NCBI GenBank assembly: GCA_951406725.2
Contig: OX597821.1
Location: forward strand, 72,912,001 to 72,976,000
Source: Octopus vulgaris
Lineage: Eukaryota
Reading direction: 5' to 3'
DNA: 64,000 nt
Shown piece by piece: positions 40,901 through 54,090 of the stretch (within the stretch, counting starts at the first letter, position 1; each line of letters begins with the position of its first letter). The position numbers and the translations under genes were made by a program. The notes beneath the pieces are model-generated. The model searched no databases and was not told the DNA's origin. It saw only the letters and a list, made by a program, of their open reading frames with translations.

Positions 40901-41144
40901 GATATTATCAAGTTTATGATTGTATTTTATATTATTCTCTGTGAAATTCGAAATGTTTATTTATATAGACGTTGCAGAACAAATTCATCTCACTCATCTT
41001 TCCCACCTGATTTGGGTATTCATTCTTGTACAAAGCGAAATAACAGTATGGTCTAACGAACGACTTATTCCAAATAATCACCTGAAAAAAATATCTCAGA
41101 CCTTTGAGGGATGATAGTGATTACGCAATATATTAATTATATAT

Positions 41145-41506
41145 GTTTCTTTATTACCCACAACGGGCTAAACGCAGAGGGAACAAACAAGGACAGACAA
41201 ACGGATTAAGTCGATTACATCGACCCCAGTGCATAACTGGTGCTTAATTTATCGACCCCGAAATGATGAAAGGCAAAGTCGACCTCGACGGAACTTGAAT
41301 TCAGAATGTAACGGCAGACGAAATACGGCTACGCATTTCGCCCGGCGTGCTAACAGTTCTGCCAGCTCGCCGCCTTGTGGACTGGAGCAACGTGAAATGA
41401 AGTGTTTTGCTCAAGAACAACAAGGCGTCGCCCGGTCCAGGAATCGAGACCACAATCTTACGATCATGATAATGACAACCTTACCACTAAGCCACGCGCC
41501 TCCACA
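41145..41506 (-). mobile_element. Composite SINE: V/Meta-like head fused to a complete Nin/Deu SINE
   Basis: 41506-41377 is head plus TTTCACGTTGCTCCAGTCCAC; 41374-41145 is a full Nin-type monomer. Confidence 0.8.
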
Positions 41507-41966
41507 TTGTTAATTATATCACCTCATGTTAATTATATCTCCTGATATATGTTAATTCTATCACCTAACCAGTGTAATACTGTTGATACGATGTGTGGAA
41601 ACAATTGTAGTCATATGAAAGGGAGAATTACATTCAATTATTTTTTTCCTATTTTCCTTCTCTTAATTTCTCTCTCACTCCCCCCTCTCTCTCTCTTTCA
41701 TTTTCTCTTTCATTTTCTCTCTTTCACTCTGTGTGTGTGTGTGTGTGTATGTGCGTACCTTTGTGTCTGTGTTTGTTCCACTATCTCTGTTTGACAACAG
41801 GTGTTGGTTTGATTATGTCCCCTTAAATTAGCGATTCAGCATATCGACTGAGTAGGGACCTGATTTGTTTGACTAAAGCCCTTCAAGGATTATCTCTGAT
41901 TGTTTGTGTGTGTGTGCACGTGTATGTATGTTTATACAAGTGTTTATACATATATATACATATGCG

Positions 41967-42109
<143 letters not shown>

Positions 42110-42112
42110 TTA

Positions 42113-42273
42113 GTCGCAGAAGTGACTGTGTGGTAAGTAGCTTGCTCACCAGCCACATAGTTCCGGGTTCATTCCCACTGCATGGCACCTTGGCAAGTAT
42201 CTTCTACTATAGCTTCGGCCGACCAAAGCCTTGTGAGTGGATTTGGTAGACGGAAACTGAAAAAAGCCTGTCG

Positions 42274-42325
<52 letters not shown>

Positions 42326-42520
42326 TGTGTTTGTCCCCCACCAACATCGCTTGACAACCTATGCTGGTGAGTTCACGTCCCCGTAACTTAGCGGTTCGTC
42401 AAGAAAGACCGGTAGAATAAGTACTAGGCTTCCAAATAATAAGTCCTGTGGGCGATTTGCTCGACTAAAGGCAGTGCTCCAGCATAGCCACAGTCAAATG
42501 ACTGAAACAAATAAAAGAGT
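42113..42520 (+). mobile_element. Full-length CORE-like tRNA-derived SINE
   Basis: Homologous to 35728-36120 with complete head GTCGCAGAAGTGACTGTGTGGTAAG. Confidence 0.9.
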
Positions 42521-43159
42521 ATATGCGTATACACACACACACACACACACATATATATATTAATATATTTTATATATATAAATATGTACATACATATATA
42601 TGTACATAAATATGTACATATTTATATGCATAAATGCATACTTATGTTGTACGTGTACGTTTATAATTTGGTTCAATCGGAGACGACTGGTTTCCAGTTA
42701 AGTATTCCCTATATGGTACAGGTGTAGAATTATAAATAGTTTCATAATTGTTTTGTCTAAAATTGGCACTTCGCTCGCTCCAACCGAGTTGATATTATCA
42801 CTTGTAAAGTATGATCGTAAATAAAAACTAACGGCTGATGATACATCTCATTGTTACATGGAGTCTTTCTGGTATGTGAAATCTATGTCTATTTAATCGG
42901 ACTGTTTTGTGAGGGAAAGCCCAGCGTGTTATGTCCGCAAAAAGTTTTGGGCTGGGTTCATCAAGTAAACGAAATCCTCGATAGACATAAGATCTGATTT
43001 TCAGGAATATGTTTCATGACCACATACTTGAAAATTTTCCTCAGACTTTCAGCGATAAAAAAATATATATTTATATAATCCAGTGCTATTGGCCCATGTC
43101 AAATAGCGCTCCTCAGACGAGATAGTCAGGAGAGTGGCGTTTCTTCTGATTTATGGATA

Positions 43160-43271
<112 letters not shown>

Positions 43272-43357
43272 TTATCTATCTGTCTGTTTGTCTGTCTGTC
43301 TAACTCTCTCTCCCTCTCTCTCGATCTATCAGTCTATCTGCCTGTTTCTCTATCTAT

Positions 43358-43439
<82 letters not shown>

Positions 43440-43546
43440 CTCCCTCTCTCTTTGTATGTGTGTGTATGTATGCATACATACACATACATATATATATCTA
43501 AACATACACATGTGTAATATATATGTGTATGTCTATATATATATAC

Positions 43547-43581
<35 letters not shown>

Positions 43582-43774
43582 TATGTATATAGTCACATAC
43601 ATCCGAAAATACTTGCACACAGGCGAGTTAATGTGAATCTCAAGAGAAGAAACGAAACGAGGCATCGTTCTTTGCTAGGATTTGATGAAAGGAAATTGCA
43701 TTTGTGAAAAAATGACTGAATCAAATAACAAAGCGAAATATGTACGTAGAAATTGCCTCTAGAGATAGAGAAAT

Positions 43775-43820
<46 letters not shown>

Positions 43821-44160
43821 AGATAGAGATACAGAGAAAGAGAAAGAGAGAGGGGGTAAAGATTAAGATATATAGGAAGAGAGGAAAAATATTTTGTTTC
43901 GTTCGTGATTCAGGTATATCAAGATGTTCCATATAGCCTTGTCTAAGAAGCGTGTAGAGACAGACAGATAGATAGACAGACAGACAGACATTGTTTTCAA
44001 ATGTTAGATAAACAATATTAATACTCTCTGCTCCTATGCCGGGGAATGCCGTAGTCATCCCAAAAGTCGGTGGAACGAAACTGTAGTTCGATTACAATAT
44101 AATCCTGTTAAACTTTCATATACTTACATATACATGTGCGTACTCGGGTGTATAGTATTG

Positions 44161-44194
<34 letters not shown>

Positions 44195-44622
44195 CCTGTG
44201 TCTAGACCTACATAGTGGACATAGAAACGTGTCACACTTATTTCATCAGATGTGTCTACATCGTTTGGGTAATCCTAGACAAACAATGAACCAATTCGTT
44301 GAAATACTCATTAAATCTAGTAACTTCCGACAATTGGAAGAACTAATTTGCATGTTACAAATAATTAACACATTTTTGTTAATATCAGGGTCCTGTCAAC
44401 AGGGATCTCAGTCCACACAGTATCGAGGGATGATATAATATATGTAGACATGGCATTTTTAAATATTTCTCCGCAGATTAAAACACTGTGAGACAACCCC
44501 TTCAGTTTTGACCCTTATTGGTTTCTTATCAGAGGAGTCTACATCCCTTCCTTGATCAATCATAGAAAAGCAAGTAGAGAATTCGTACCACCACGTGTAT
44601 ATATGTATGCATATATGTATGC

Positions 44623-44671
<49 letters not shown>

Positions 44672-44760
44672 TGTATGTATGCATGTATACATATACATAT
44701 ATATATATATATGAATGTATGTATTTATATAAATAACATATGTATAGATATACATATACA

Positions 44761-44847
<87 letters not shown>

Positions 44848-44850
<3 letters not shown>

Positions 44851-45482
44851 TAGCTGTATACTGTCAACTTAATGTGACAGTCACATGAAGGGAATCATAC
44901 TACTGCTATTTAGCCCTAGGAAGCAGCAACGTTTCCTGTCGGCCTTGACACATTTCTGTTTGCAAGGGGGAGATAAGCACCCCCACCCAGCTAAGCCTGC
45001 ATCGAGAGAGTAGTTTCTAAATAGCAGTAGTATGATTCCCTTCATAGGACTGTCACATGAAGTTGACAGCATACAACTACTTCATCGTACCACTACTGCA
45101 TAAATCTCTCTCAGATATTGAGAAATGTATTATTTCTATTTTTGAAAGCAGTGAATGTATTTCACTAGAATTCTTATATGTTTGCAAAGGCTAGATAGGC
45201 ATCTCCAACTAGCAGGCTATGCTACTTAAGACTGATGACGAGCACAGAATCAGAAACTAGTCTCTGGATGCAGGCTTAGCTGGGTGGGGGTGCTTATCTC
45301 CCCCTTGCAAACATAAGGACACAGGAAATGTGTCAAGGCCGACAGGAAGCGTTGCTGCGTCCTAGAGCTAAATAGCAGTAGTATGATTCCCTTCATAGGA
45401 CTGTCGCATTAAGTTGACTGTATACAACTACTTTATTTATCGTACCACTACTGCATAAATCTCTCTCAGATATTTAGAAATG

Positions 45483-45488
<6 letters not shown>
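44848..45488 (+). mobile_element. Hammerhead-containing 351-nt unit: partial tandem plus inverted copy (Penelope pLTR / retrozyme-like)
   Basis: 45017-45132 repeats at 45368-45488; 44848-45018 is the reverse complement of 45252-45433; CTGATGA..GAAACTAGTC at 45232-45262; (TA)n on both sides. Confidence 0.8.
45226..45268 (+). ncRNA. Minimal type I hammerhead ribozyme motif, partly decayed
   Basis: Stem I TTAAGA/TCTGGA, core CTGATGA, weak stem II, GAAA, palindromic minimal stem III (ACTAGT), GTC cleavage triplet. Confidence 0.55.
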
Positions 45489-45522
<34 letters not shown>

Positions 45523-45724
45523 CGGAACGCACGCATCCGTTTCTAAGAAAGTTTTATCTTAATATATATATATGTATGTATATATCTTGTTTACCTTCAT
45601 GGATTTATATACGTATATCTCTTGCAAGCAAATATACACTAGTACACATATATATGGGTATATACATATATGAGTATATATATATACATACATACTTATG
45701 TATGTATGTATGTATAATATGATA

Positions 45725-45785
<61 letters not shown>

Positions 45786-46484
45786 CATGATATACACACA
45801 TATATAATAGACGTGTTAATTGAAGTCCACAATTCGTCACGTGATGGCGATTTAACAAAGACCATTAATAATCTCAATTATTTATTTATAATTAAAATTT
45901 CGTTGGATAGCCAAAATTATTCGAAGGTAAATATTTAATTTGATTGGTTTTCCAGTAATCAATAGGTTAGCGTACGTAAAAACGATTAAATAAAGGGATA
46001 AAAACGGTTAAAGTATAAAAGGATACAATGGAAGAGAGAAAGAAAGAGAGAGAGACAACGAAGCAAAAGGAAGAGAAACGAAGAGTAAGAAAGAAAGGTA
46101 GGAGGTGTAGGAAGGCGAGGGGAAGGTTGGATTAATTTAAGAAAACTAAAAATTATAAATATCAAGAGATAAAAAGTTAGCGAAAGACCATATCAATGAT
46201 TTATGCGATTAGAAGAGAGATATGGTGGTGGTGGTGGTGAGAGACGAGGGGGGATGTTATGGTGAGGCAGAAGAGAAATGTAAGGACGAAGGTTTATTGT
46301 GTGATATGTTTGTTTTAAAGAGAACTTATATAAGTAGTTTCGAAAAGAACTGTTAAGTTGATCAATACTGAGAGGAGGGCAAGAAAAGAGGAGGAAGAAG
46401 AAACAAAGGAAGGGATATATTTATACACACACAAATACATACACATACATGTACATATGCGCTTGTATCAATCAGAGAATTGGG

Positions 46485-46753
46485 CGTAGTTATACATCAC
46501 TGGTCACAATGCGTATCGCATTGTTTTAGCTTTTGAATGATGTCACCCCGCTGGTTAGATGAAACAGGTCAACGATCTTCCCTCTGGTGATAAGGCTGGT
46601 CCGTTTCAGGGTTAGAACCCATTTACAGCTGAGTGGACGGCAGCAACGTGAAATGAAGTGTTTTGCTCAAGAACACAACGATCCGCCCATACCCGGAATC
46701 GAACACAAGATATAGCGAGCGTGAATTCAATAACCTAACCACTAGGTCACTTG

Positions 46754-46755
<2 letters not shown>
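46485..46755 (-). mobile_element. tRNA-derived SINE (V/Meta-like)
   Basis: Core GTCCACTCAGCTGTAAATGGGT; tail homologous to 9478-9598. Confidence 0.7.
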
Positions 46756-46791
<36 letters not shown>

Positions 46792-46794
<3 letters not shown>

Positions 46795-47171
46795 GAGAAT
46801 AAGAAACGGAACCAAGCGAAAATTCGAACGAACCCGACGCGAAGCGCTGTCAGACAGTAGTGTAATAAATAAAATATATGCATACATACAAGCATATATG
46901 TACGTACCGACGAAAAAAATGTAACACAAACGGGACGTAACAATAGAACTGCACAATAAAATACAAGATAAAAATATATGTACAAGAAAATACAAAACGA
47001 GAAATAAAATACAATACGAGAAATCAAAATAAACAAGAAAACAAACGAAAAAAACAAACGAAAGGCCTTTGTTCTGGCTGGGACGGAAGAGGTACTGGCG
47101 AGCGCATGGGAAACATGACCTTACGGCCTGAAAGCAACGTGCAAAAGGATTAGCAGTGACGAAAGTGAGGA

Positions 47172-47226
<55 letters not shown>

Positions 47227-47403
47227 GACACGCGGCTGAGAGAGAGGGGAAGGTAAAGCAAAGGGAGAGAATTTCGCGTCATAATTATATTATAAAACAA
47301 TACTGGGAGGATAAGAAACGGAACGAAGCGAAAATTCGAACGAACCCGACGCGAAGCGCTGTCAGACAATAGTGTAATAAATAAAATATATGCATACATA
47401 CAA
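46792..47403. mobile_element. 612-bp element bounded by ~100-bp direct repeats (pLTR-like), in (TA)n
   Basis: 46792-46891 matches 47304-47403 with few mismatches; no ORF. Confidence 0.7.
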
Positions 47404-47411
47404 ACATATAT

Positions 47412-47620
47412 ATAGCTTAGTTTTTCTAATGCTCGTTGCTTAGTTTTTCCTGGAGGGCTGGCCGGTTCTAGTAATCTCAAGATTAATCAGCCGAAATTAC
47501 TACGATGATCCGGTTCTTGACTGAAGACTGAGGGCTTCGAATACCCTGTCTGTGTTTGTTGTATCGTCTTCTAAGTTTTTATGCGTTCTTGTCTCAGTCT
47601 GTATTTTTCTACATATCATA
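47412..47620 (+). mobile_element. Probable Penelope pLTR remnant with decayed hammerhead cores
   Basis: CTGGAG-GGCTGG..TCAGCC-GAAA followed by CTGAAGA; flanked by (TA)n. Confidence 0.4.
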
Positions 47621-47658
<38 letters not shown>

Positions 47659-48059
47659 GAGAATGTATAAAGATGTATACACGAAGAGAAGACCCATCAC
47701 AGGACTTCTTACATGCTAAAAAGAGCAGTGAAACCCAAACAAAAATATAATTCTAAAAGCACGCCGATAATGGCACTAGATTGAAAGGAATTGTTACTTT
47801 TAGTTAATTCCATACTCGAGTTTCCCTATTAATGTGCAAATAAATTAATTTGTCATCCGTAGTTCATCAGTGGGATCGCCAAAACAATGAATAAATATGT
47901 AGCTTAATACGTACCGAAAAAACACTTGCGAGCTACATCATTTAACATTGTGGATTCAAATCCAGCGCGCAAGTGCATTCACATAGCCAGCAGCAAAAAT
48001 TTAATTTTAAACAGCATACTATAAGCCTCAGAATTAGGAAATTTTCCTGTGTAAATGAC

Positions 48060-48377
48060 AAGGGTAAAAAATTAGAATAATTTATTATCAGTGGTTCGCA
48101 TGTGTAATCTATTTGCTCATTAATAAGGAAACTCGTGTATGGGATTAACTAAAAATAATAATTCCTCTCATTCTAGTGCCATTATTGGCGTACCATTAGA
48201 ATTACTTTTTTTCGTGTTTGGGTTTAACTGCCCTTTTTTAGCATGTAAGAGGTCCTGTCATGGGTTTTCTCTTCGTGTATATATCTTTATACACGCTTAT
48301 ATATGGAAATATGTTGTCTTATGACTTTTATTACGCATGCGAACCACTGGTAATAAATTATTCTAATTTTTTACCCT
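48060..48377. mobile_element. ~320-bp element with 49-bp inverted repeats (MITE or inverted pLTR)
   Basis: AAGGGTAAAAAATTAGAATAATTTATTATCAGTGGTTCGCATGTGTAAT (48060-48108) is inverted at about 48330-48377. Confidence 0.7.
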
Positions 48378-49491
48378 TATGATATATATATATATATATA
48401 TATATATGTATACCAGAGTAAGCACATAAATGTGAGACAAGATGGAAAAAATAGTACTCGAATACCGGCGGTAGAGTAATATGCTTTATATACACACACA
48501 CACGCATATATATATATTAATATATATCGTTTTTGGATTTGGTTTGCAAGATTCTTCACGTGGGTTCATGCGTTTAATTCGTGTGTTGAAAAATACCAAT
48601 AAAGCAACAGTAGATGTATTAACTGATACTACCAGTCAGAAAGCAGAATAGCAAATGTGAGTCAACCGGTTTGAGACAAAAACGGTCTGATCATGTTCAC
48701 GTCTTCAAGAAATACTTTAAGCACACCACGAGTCTATCGTTGCTATAATATCGAACAAGTAAGTTTTAGTTGTTTTAAGCAATCCTAAATATTTTTAAGC
48801 GTAGTAATTGTCCGCCTAGTTTTTAATCCTCACAACACCCAGGGACCCGTTTCGCTCCAATGAAAAGCATTGCTTCATTGTATTCTAGATGTGAATGGAA
48901 TCATATACTGATGACTAAGACACGAACCAGGTAACAGGAAACGTTTTTGTCGGGGAAAGAAGCCAATTGCAAATCTATAAAAATCTGCATGGAAGCATGT
49001 ATTAAGAAAAATTTACATTAAATTTTTACAAATTTACATTAAATTTGATTTTCGCTCTGAAGACTTAAACGGGGTTTTGGTGTAAGAGTGGGAAGAGAAG
49101 AATTTATCAAATATTTTGATATATATTGGTTGGGGTGAGTAGGAACAAGTGATGATGCTGTCCTTATTTTTGTGAGACGAGTTTTATTCCGAAAACTGGA
49201 AAAGGTGATTTAAACAAGTGAAATTTTGGGAAAACTATTTTTCAAAACTTTGGCTGTTAATTTCAGCTTCCCTACCCCAATCCACCCATGCAGAAATGAA
49301 CGGTGGAGTTTAAAAACATCTGGAATGTTGGTATGGGAAAATGGGGAACTTTTAAGAAAATTATAATTTTGAAGAAACTCTTTTAAAAGAAGAGTCGCAA
49401 TACAGTACTCGCGAAATTACAAATAAATTTTCGAAATAAAATGAAAAGCTGGTTTATTCTAGAAGCCTTTTATTATATAGCTACATAAATA

Positions 49492-50014
49492 CCGTAAATC
49501 CTCGAATATAATCTGCATTTTTTGCCCCAAAATTTTAAGGTCAAAATCCCTAGTGCGTACTGTATACGAGGTTAAAAATGAAAATTATTTTCTAAGCAAT
49601 GTCTGAGTCTCTATTTGCTCTCCGGCAATATTTATTCAGACGCATTTTGTGATGTCGGGTGCGAAAATACCTTAAGCTAAGCCTGAAAGCAATGAAGTCA
49701 TAAAAGAATCGTCCATAACTTTCAGTAAGCAACATTTATTAAAATAAAAGTATTCGGAACACAGAATAACATGTAACAAAAACAATTTGCAAACATATTT
49801 ACATTCCCATATAACAGTTAAGAACATCAGCATTATTGTATTACGCATGCGCAGAAGTATTTGTTCGACTCGGTGCTGCTGGCTTAATTACGCACAACTC
49901 AAGTTAGAGAAGGGGTGCGTATTATACACAGGGTTTAGGTTTTTCAGAAGTACAACCCCATAAAAATCCCCTGCGTATTATACTCAAGGGCAGACTATAC
50001 TCGAGGATTTACGG
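49492..50014. mobile_element. pogo/Tc2-type MITE, TA TSD
   Basis: TIR CCGTAAATCCTCGA(A/G)TATA(A/G)TCTGC at both ends; TA flanks; subterminal GCGTA.T.TAC..(A)GG repeats. Confidence 0.85.
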
Positions 50015-50152
50015 TACATATGCATATTTGGGGCGAACAAAATGGAGATTGTTGTGTCCAAATGGTATTAGAGACTTTGTTCCAGCCAGCATTAACAGGT
50101 TTAGGGGTGCAATGCAAGGGAGAAAAGCAACTGCAACTATACCACCTGCGTC

Positions 50153-50492
50153 GCGACCCCCTTCGGTCATGAATGACCATGGGATTGCACCTACAAAGTA
50201 ACCCTCCGAGGCATAAGTCTGGGCAAGGTTGTTTATGGAAGACCAACAGTCGCCCATGCATATTGGCCTCCCCTCTCCCAGCCACCGATGTTATCCAAGG
50301 GAAAAGCAAAGGCGCCGATACAGCTTGGCAGCACCTGTGACGTCGCAACTCATTTCTACAGCTGAGTGAACTGGAGCAGCGTGAAATAAAGTGTCTTGCT
50401 CAAGAACACAACACGCAGCCCGGTCCGGGATTCGAACTCACAATCTCACGATCGTAAGCTCGATGCTCTAAACACTGAGCCATGTGCCTTCA
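50153..50492 (-). mobile_element. Full-length tRNA-derived SINE (Meta/CORE-like core, RTE-like tail)
   Basis: Head TGGCTCAGTGTTTAGAG..GAGTTCGAATCCC; core TCCAGTTCACTCAGCTGTAGAAATGAG; terminal hairpin GGTCATTCATGACC. Confidence 0.85.
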
Positions 50493-50736
50493 TTGAGCCG
50501 TAATCCTTATACTTGCAACATTTGCAGGCTTCTTTGCAAATCGTTGGTGGGACTCAAAAGTCACATTTTTTTCATAAGCCTTATGACTGACAAAGAAAGA
50601 GTAATGTGTCGGTTCGTCATGCGTTGAAACGGACGAGAGAAACTATCATATACATACATACAAACATACATACATACATACATACATACATACATACATA
50701 CATACATACATACACACAAACACATATATACATATA

Positions 50737-51810
50737 TTGGGTCATCCCATAAATAATGCGTTTTTTAAATACTTCTTTTATTTTTCAAAATTAAGATAAA
50801 CAAAGTTTTTGTTTTTAGATCTAAAATATACTTTCCTTCTACATCTACTTGGTCGATTTGCAAGGCCCCTCTTCCGAAATGCACTTGTCTGTGATGAAAA
50901 ATACTCCTCCAGTACTGTTCTGACCTCATCTACAGAATTCATATTTTTTCCGGCCAAATGATTTTGAACACTGCAGAATAAATGATAATCAGATGGGGCA
51001 ATGTCCAGCGAATTTGATGGATGAGATATCATTTCCCATTCAAATTGCTCCAGCCTTTGGAATGCCATCCTCGCTGTATGTGGCCGAGCGTTATCCTGAT
51101 GGAAGAACACCTTTCGTCTTGAAACCAAAGACGGTAATTTTTCTTCTAGTGCTGACATCAGCTGCTCAAGCTACTCTCAGTAGATCTTTGCTATCGTTTG
51201 GTTTGGATTTAAAAGTTCGAAGTGGACTAAACCTTTTCTATCCCACTAAACAGATAACAATACCAGACGTGGATTAAGACCTTCTTTAGCTTGGGCTGCC
51301 GGTGTTTCTCCTTTCCCTACCCACTGTCTTCGGTGCTTGACATTTTTATGGAGAGCCCATTTCTCGTCACCAGTCACTATTCGATCCAAGAAAGGTTCAT
51401 TCGTGAGACATGACAACAAAGAAGAATGCACATTCATTCTGCACGTGATTAGACTCGGAAGGTTTGTGAGGAACCCATTGATTCAATTTGCTGACTTTTT
51501 CGATGGTATGCAGTTACGGTGAGATTTTGTTCCACCAGGGTTTGCAGGACGTCTTCGTCGAACTCTACAGATCTTCCAGGATGAGGTTCGTCTTCTAGGC
51601 TGTTGTTTCCGGATCAGAAATTCTGGAACCACCATTGACACTGGCTTATGCTTATTGTCCGATCTCCATATACTGCATGAATCTTCCTCGTATTTTCTGT
51701 TGTGTTGTTGCCTTTATTGAACTCATAAAGCAAAATATGCTGAATATGCTTTGTCATTTCCTTTATAGCTTTGAAAAAAATAACTGTTACAATCAAACTA
51801 TAAGTTTTTG
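50737..51810 (-). mobile_element. mariner (DD34D) transposon, degenerate, one TIR
   Basis: HILLYEFNKG..QWWFQNF; IVTGDEKW; FHQDNARPH-x-DIAPSDYHLF with 34-residue D-D spacing; TIR TTGGGTCATCCCATAAATAATGCG after TA. Confidence 0.9.
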
Positions 51811-52319
51811 TCACTTTCACCTCTGTTGACTAAGTTTTCAGTACTAGATTCTTTTTATTTAGGACAGCCTCTTCTCTCATTCGACCACTTTTTGCCTCAT
51901 CAATTTTTTTTTCTTTTGCTACACAAATTCTGAGACTTTATAGAATTAGGTTTTCCTCATTGAAATGGTTCAGAAATTCACTCTGAAACCAAAAAGTTTG
52001 AATTTGATCCTATGACGAGAAATTTTGAATGTCTTTTAATTTTTAACTGCCAACCGATCGAAACATTGTGAGTGAAATGAGGACGATGCGGAAACTGCGT
52101 AGAATCCCTTCCTATGGATTGCATCGTGTGGAACATTGCCACATCAATACAAAACCCGAGAATAACTTTAACAGTACGCGTGTCTTTTGTGTAGTTACAC
52201 ACCTATACACAGCTTGGAAAGACTCGTACAGAACTGAGGCAAATTTGTTCTAAAGTGTCATAGATGTGCATGTGTGCGTGTGTCTGTACGTTTGTGTGTG
52301 TGTGTGTATATGAAAGTGT

Positions 52320-52350
<31 letters not shown>

Positions 52351-52468
52351 GGGAGAGAAATGCACACACAAACATACACATAGAATAATAAATTTCGTCG
52401 TATTTTGTGTTATTTTATTACACAAAATCGCACGCTTGTGCGTGTATGCTAATGTATGTTTGTGTATA

Positions 52469-54090
52469 TAGTGGCGGCCAAAATATTCAGAACGGCATTG
52501 TTTTCGTCAGAAAAGTAGATATAATTTTTTATCAAAGTTGTTTTATATTCTATAATTTTCACAGACAATAAATACGATATTATTTGTTATTGCCTGAGAT
52601 TTTGGTGTAATTTGAGAGGATAATACAAAAGTTATGGATGATTTAGTGATTTATTGCAAAACCCATGGTGGCCAAAATGATCAGAACGGTTGCTTTTACT
52701 CCGTGCTTTAGTATATTTAACCGGCGAACTCTAATGTTTTGAATTTGTTTACGTGACGGTTCGTTTACTAAACATTAGTAAGAATGTTTGCAGTGTACTT
52801 GTTAATATAATGCCACTTACTCCGTTACCAATTCGTCAGCAGATTATTACGCTTCGAAGGAAGGATAATTTAAGTATTGGATCTATTGCAAAGATTGTTA
52901 ACAAGTCAAAAAGTGTTGTACACGGTATTCTTAAGGTCTACAATGATTGCGGTTCGTGTGAAGCAAGAAAGTTTACAAGTAGGCCAAGAAAAACGACCAA
53001 GAGAGAAGATCGTGCTATGGTAAAGTTGGTTAAAAAGGACAGATTTAAAACTGCTGCTGCTGTTTCTCGGGAAATGAGCATTGTATTGAAGAAAACTTTA
53101 TCTCGAAAAACTGTGTCTCGTCGTTTAGTTGAACATGACCTACAAGCAAGAGCACCTGCTGTGAAGCCACTGATCAGCTCCAAGAATAAAAAGTGTCGTC
53201 TTACCTTTGCAACCAAACATGTGTTGTGGTCTCAAGAAAAATGGCTAACGGTGCATTTCAGCGATGAATCTGAGTTTATGTTATTTGGCTTAGATGGGAA
53301 AAGGTACGTTCGTAGAAAAGTAGGTGAAAAATTGTCGCCGCCTTAAGACTAGTGTTAAATTCGGTGGAGGAAGTGTCATGGTTTGGGGGATGATGTCTGG
53401 AGATGGTGTGAGCCCTTTGGTGCGATTACATGGAAAGGTAAATGCAGGAGTTTATAAACAACTTGTAAAAGATCATGTCTTGCCTGTGCTGAGAAATTCA
53501 ACTAAGTGACCACCCATATTCATGCAGGACAATGCCCCATGTCACAAGGCTAAGGTGGTTATGAACTTCCTTAAGGCTGAAAAGGTTATTGTTATGGATT
53601 GGCCTGCTCAAAGCCCAGATCTCAATCCTATTGAAAATGTATGGAATATTCTAGGAGAACGGTCGAAAGCCAGAAATCCTAAAACAACTGAGTAATTATG
53701 GAATGCCCTTCAGGAAGAATGGATTAAGATCACCCAGCAAGAAATTGAAAATTTAATTTCCTCATGCAGTCAAAGATGTCAGAGTGTGATTGAAGCTAAA
53801 GGGCTTCACACTAAATATTAAATAATTCCAGTATTCTCTGTCATTTTTGATTATTTTTTTATTTTTCAACCGTTCTGATCATTTTGGCCGCCATGAGTTT
53901 TGCAGTAAATCACTAAATCATCCATAACTTTTGTATTATCCCCTCAAATTACACTAAAATCTTAGACAATAACAATTAATAGTGTATTTATTGTCTGTGA
54001 AAATTATAGAATATAAAACTACTTTGATAAAAACTTATACTTACTTTTCTGACGAAAACAATGCCGTTCTGAACATTTTGGCCGCCACTG
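52469..54090 (+). mobile_element. Full-length 1622-bp Tc1 transposon with ~224-bp IR/DR TIRs and TA TSD
   Basis: (C/T)AGTGGCGGCCAAAAT.TTCAGAACGG outer and GTGGCCAAAATGATCAGAACGG inner repeats at both ends; TA at 52467 and 54091. Confidence 0.95.
52810..53821 (+). pseudogene. Tc1 DD34E transposase, one frameshift and two premature stops
   Basis: SRPRKTT (GRPR-like), FSDES, KFGGGSVMVWG, FMQDNAPCH, WPAQSPDLNPIEN, GLHTKY*. Frameshift near 53340; stops at 53507 and about 53693. Confidence 0.95.

Noticed and set aside
44500-44545. Minus-strand CCT-CTGATAA-GAAAC-CAATA-AGG hammerhead-like remnant
   Set aside because: No stem II and a broken core; at most a deleted pLTR relic.
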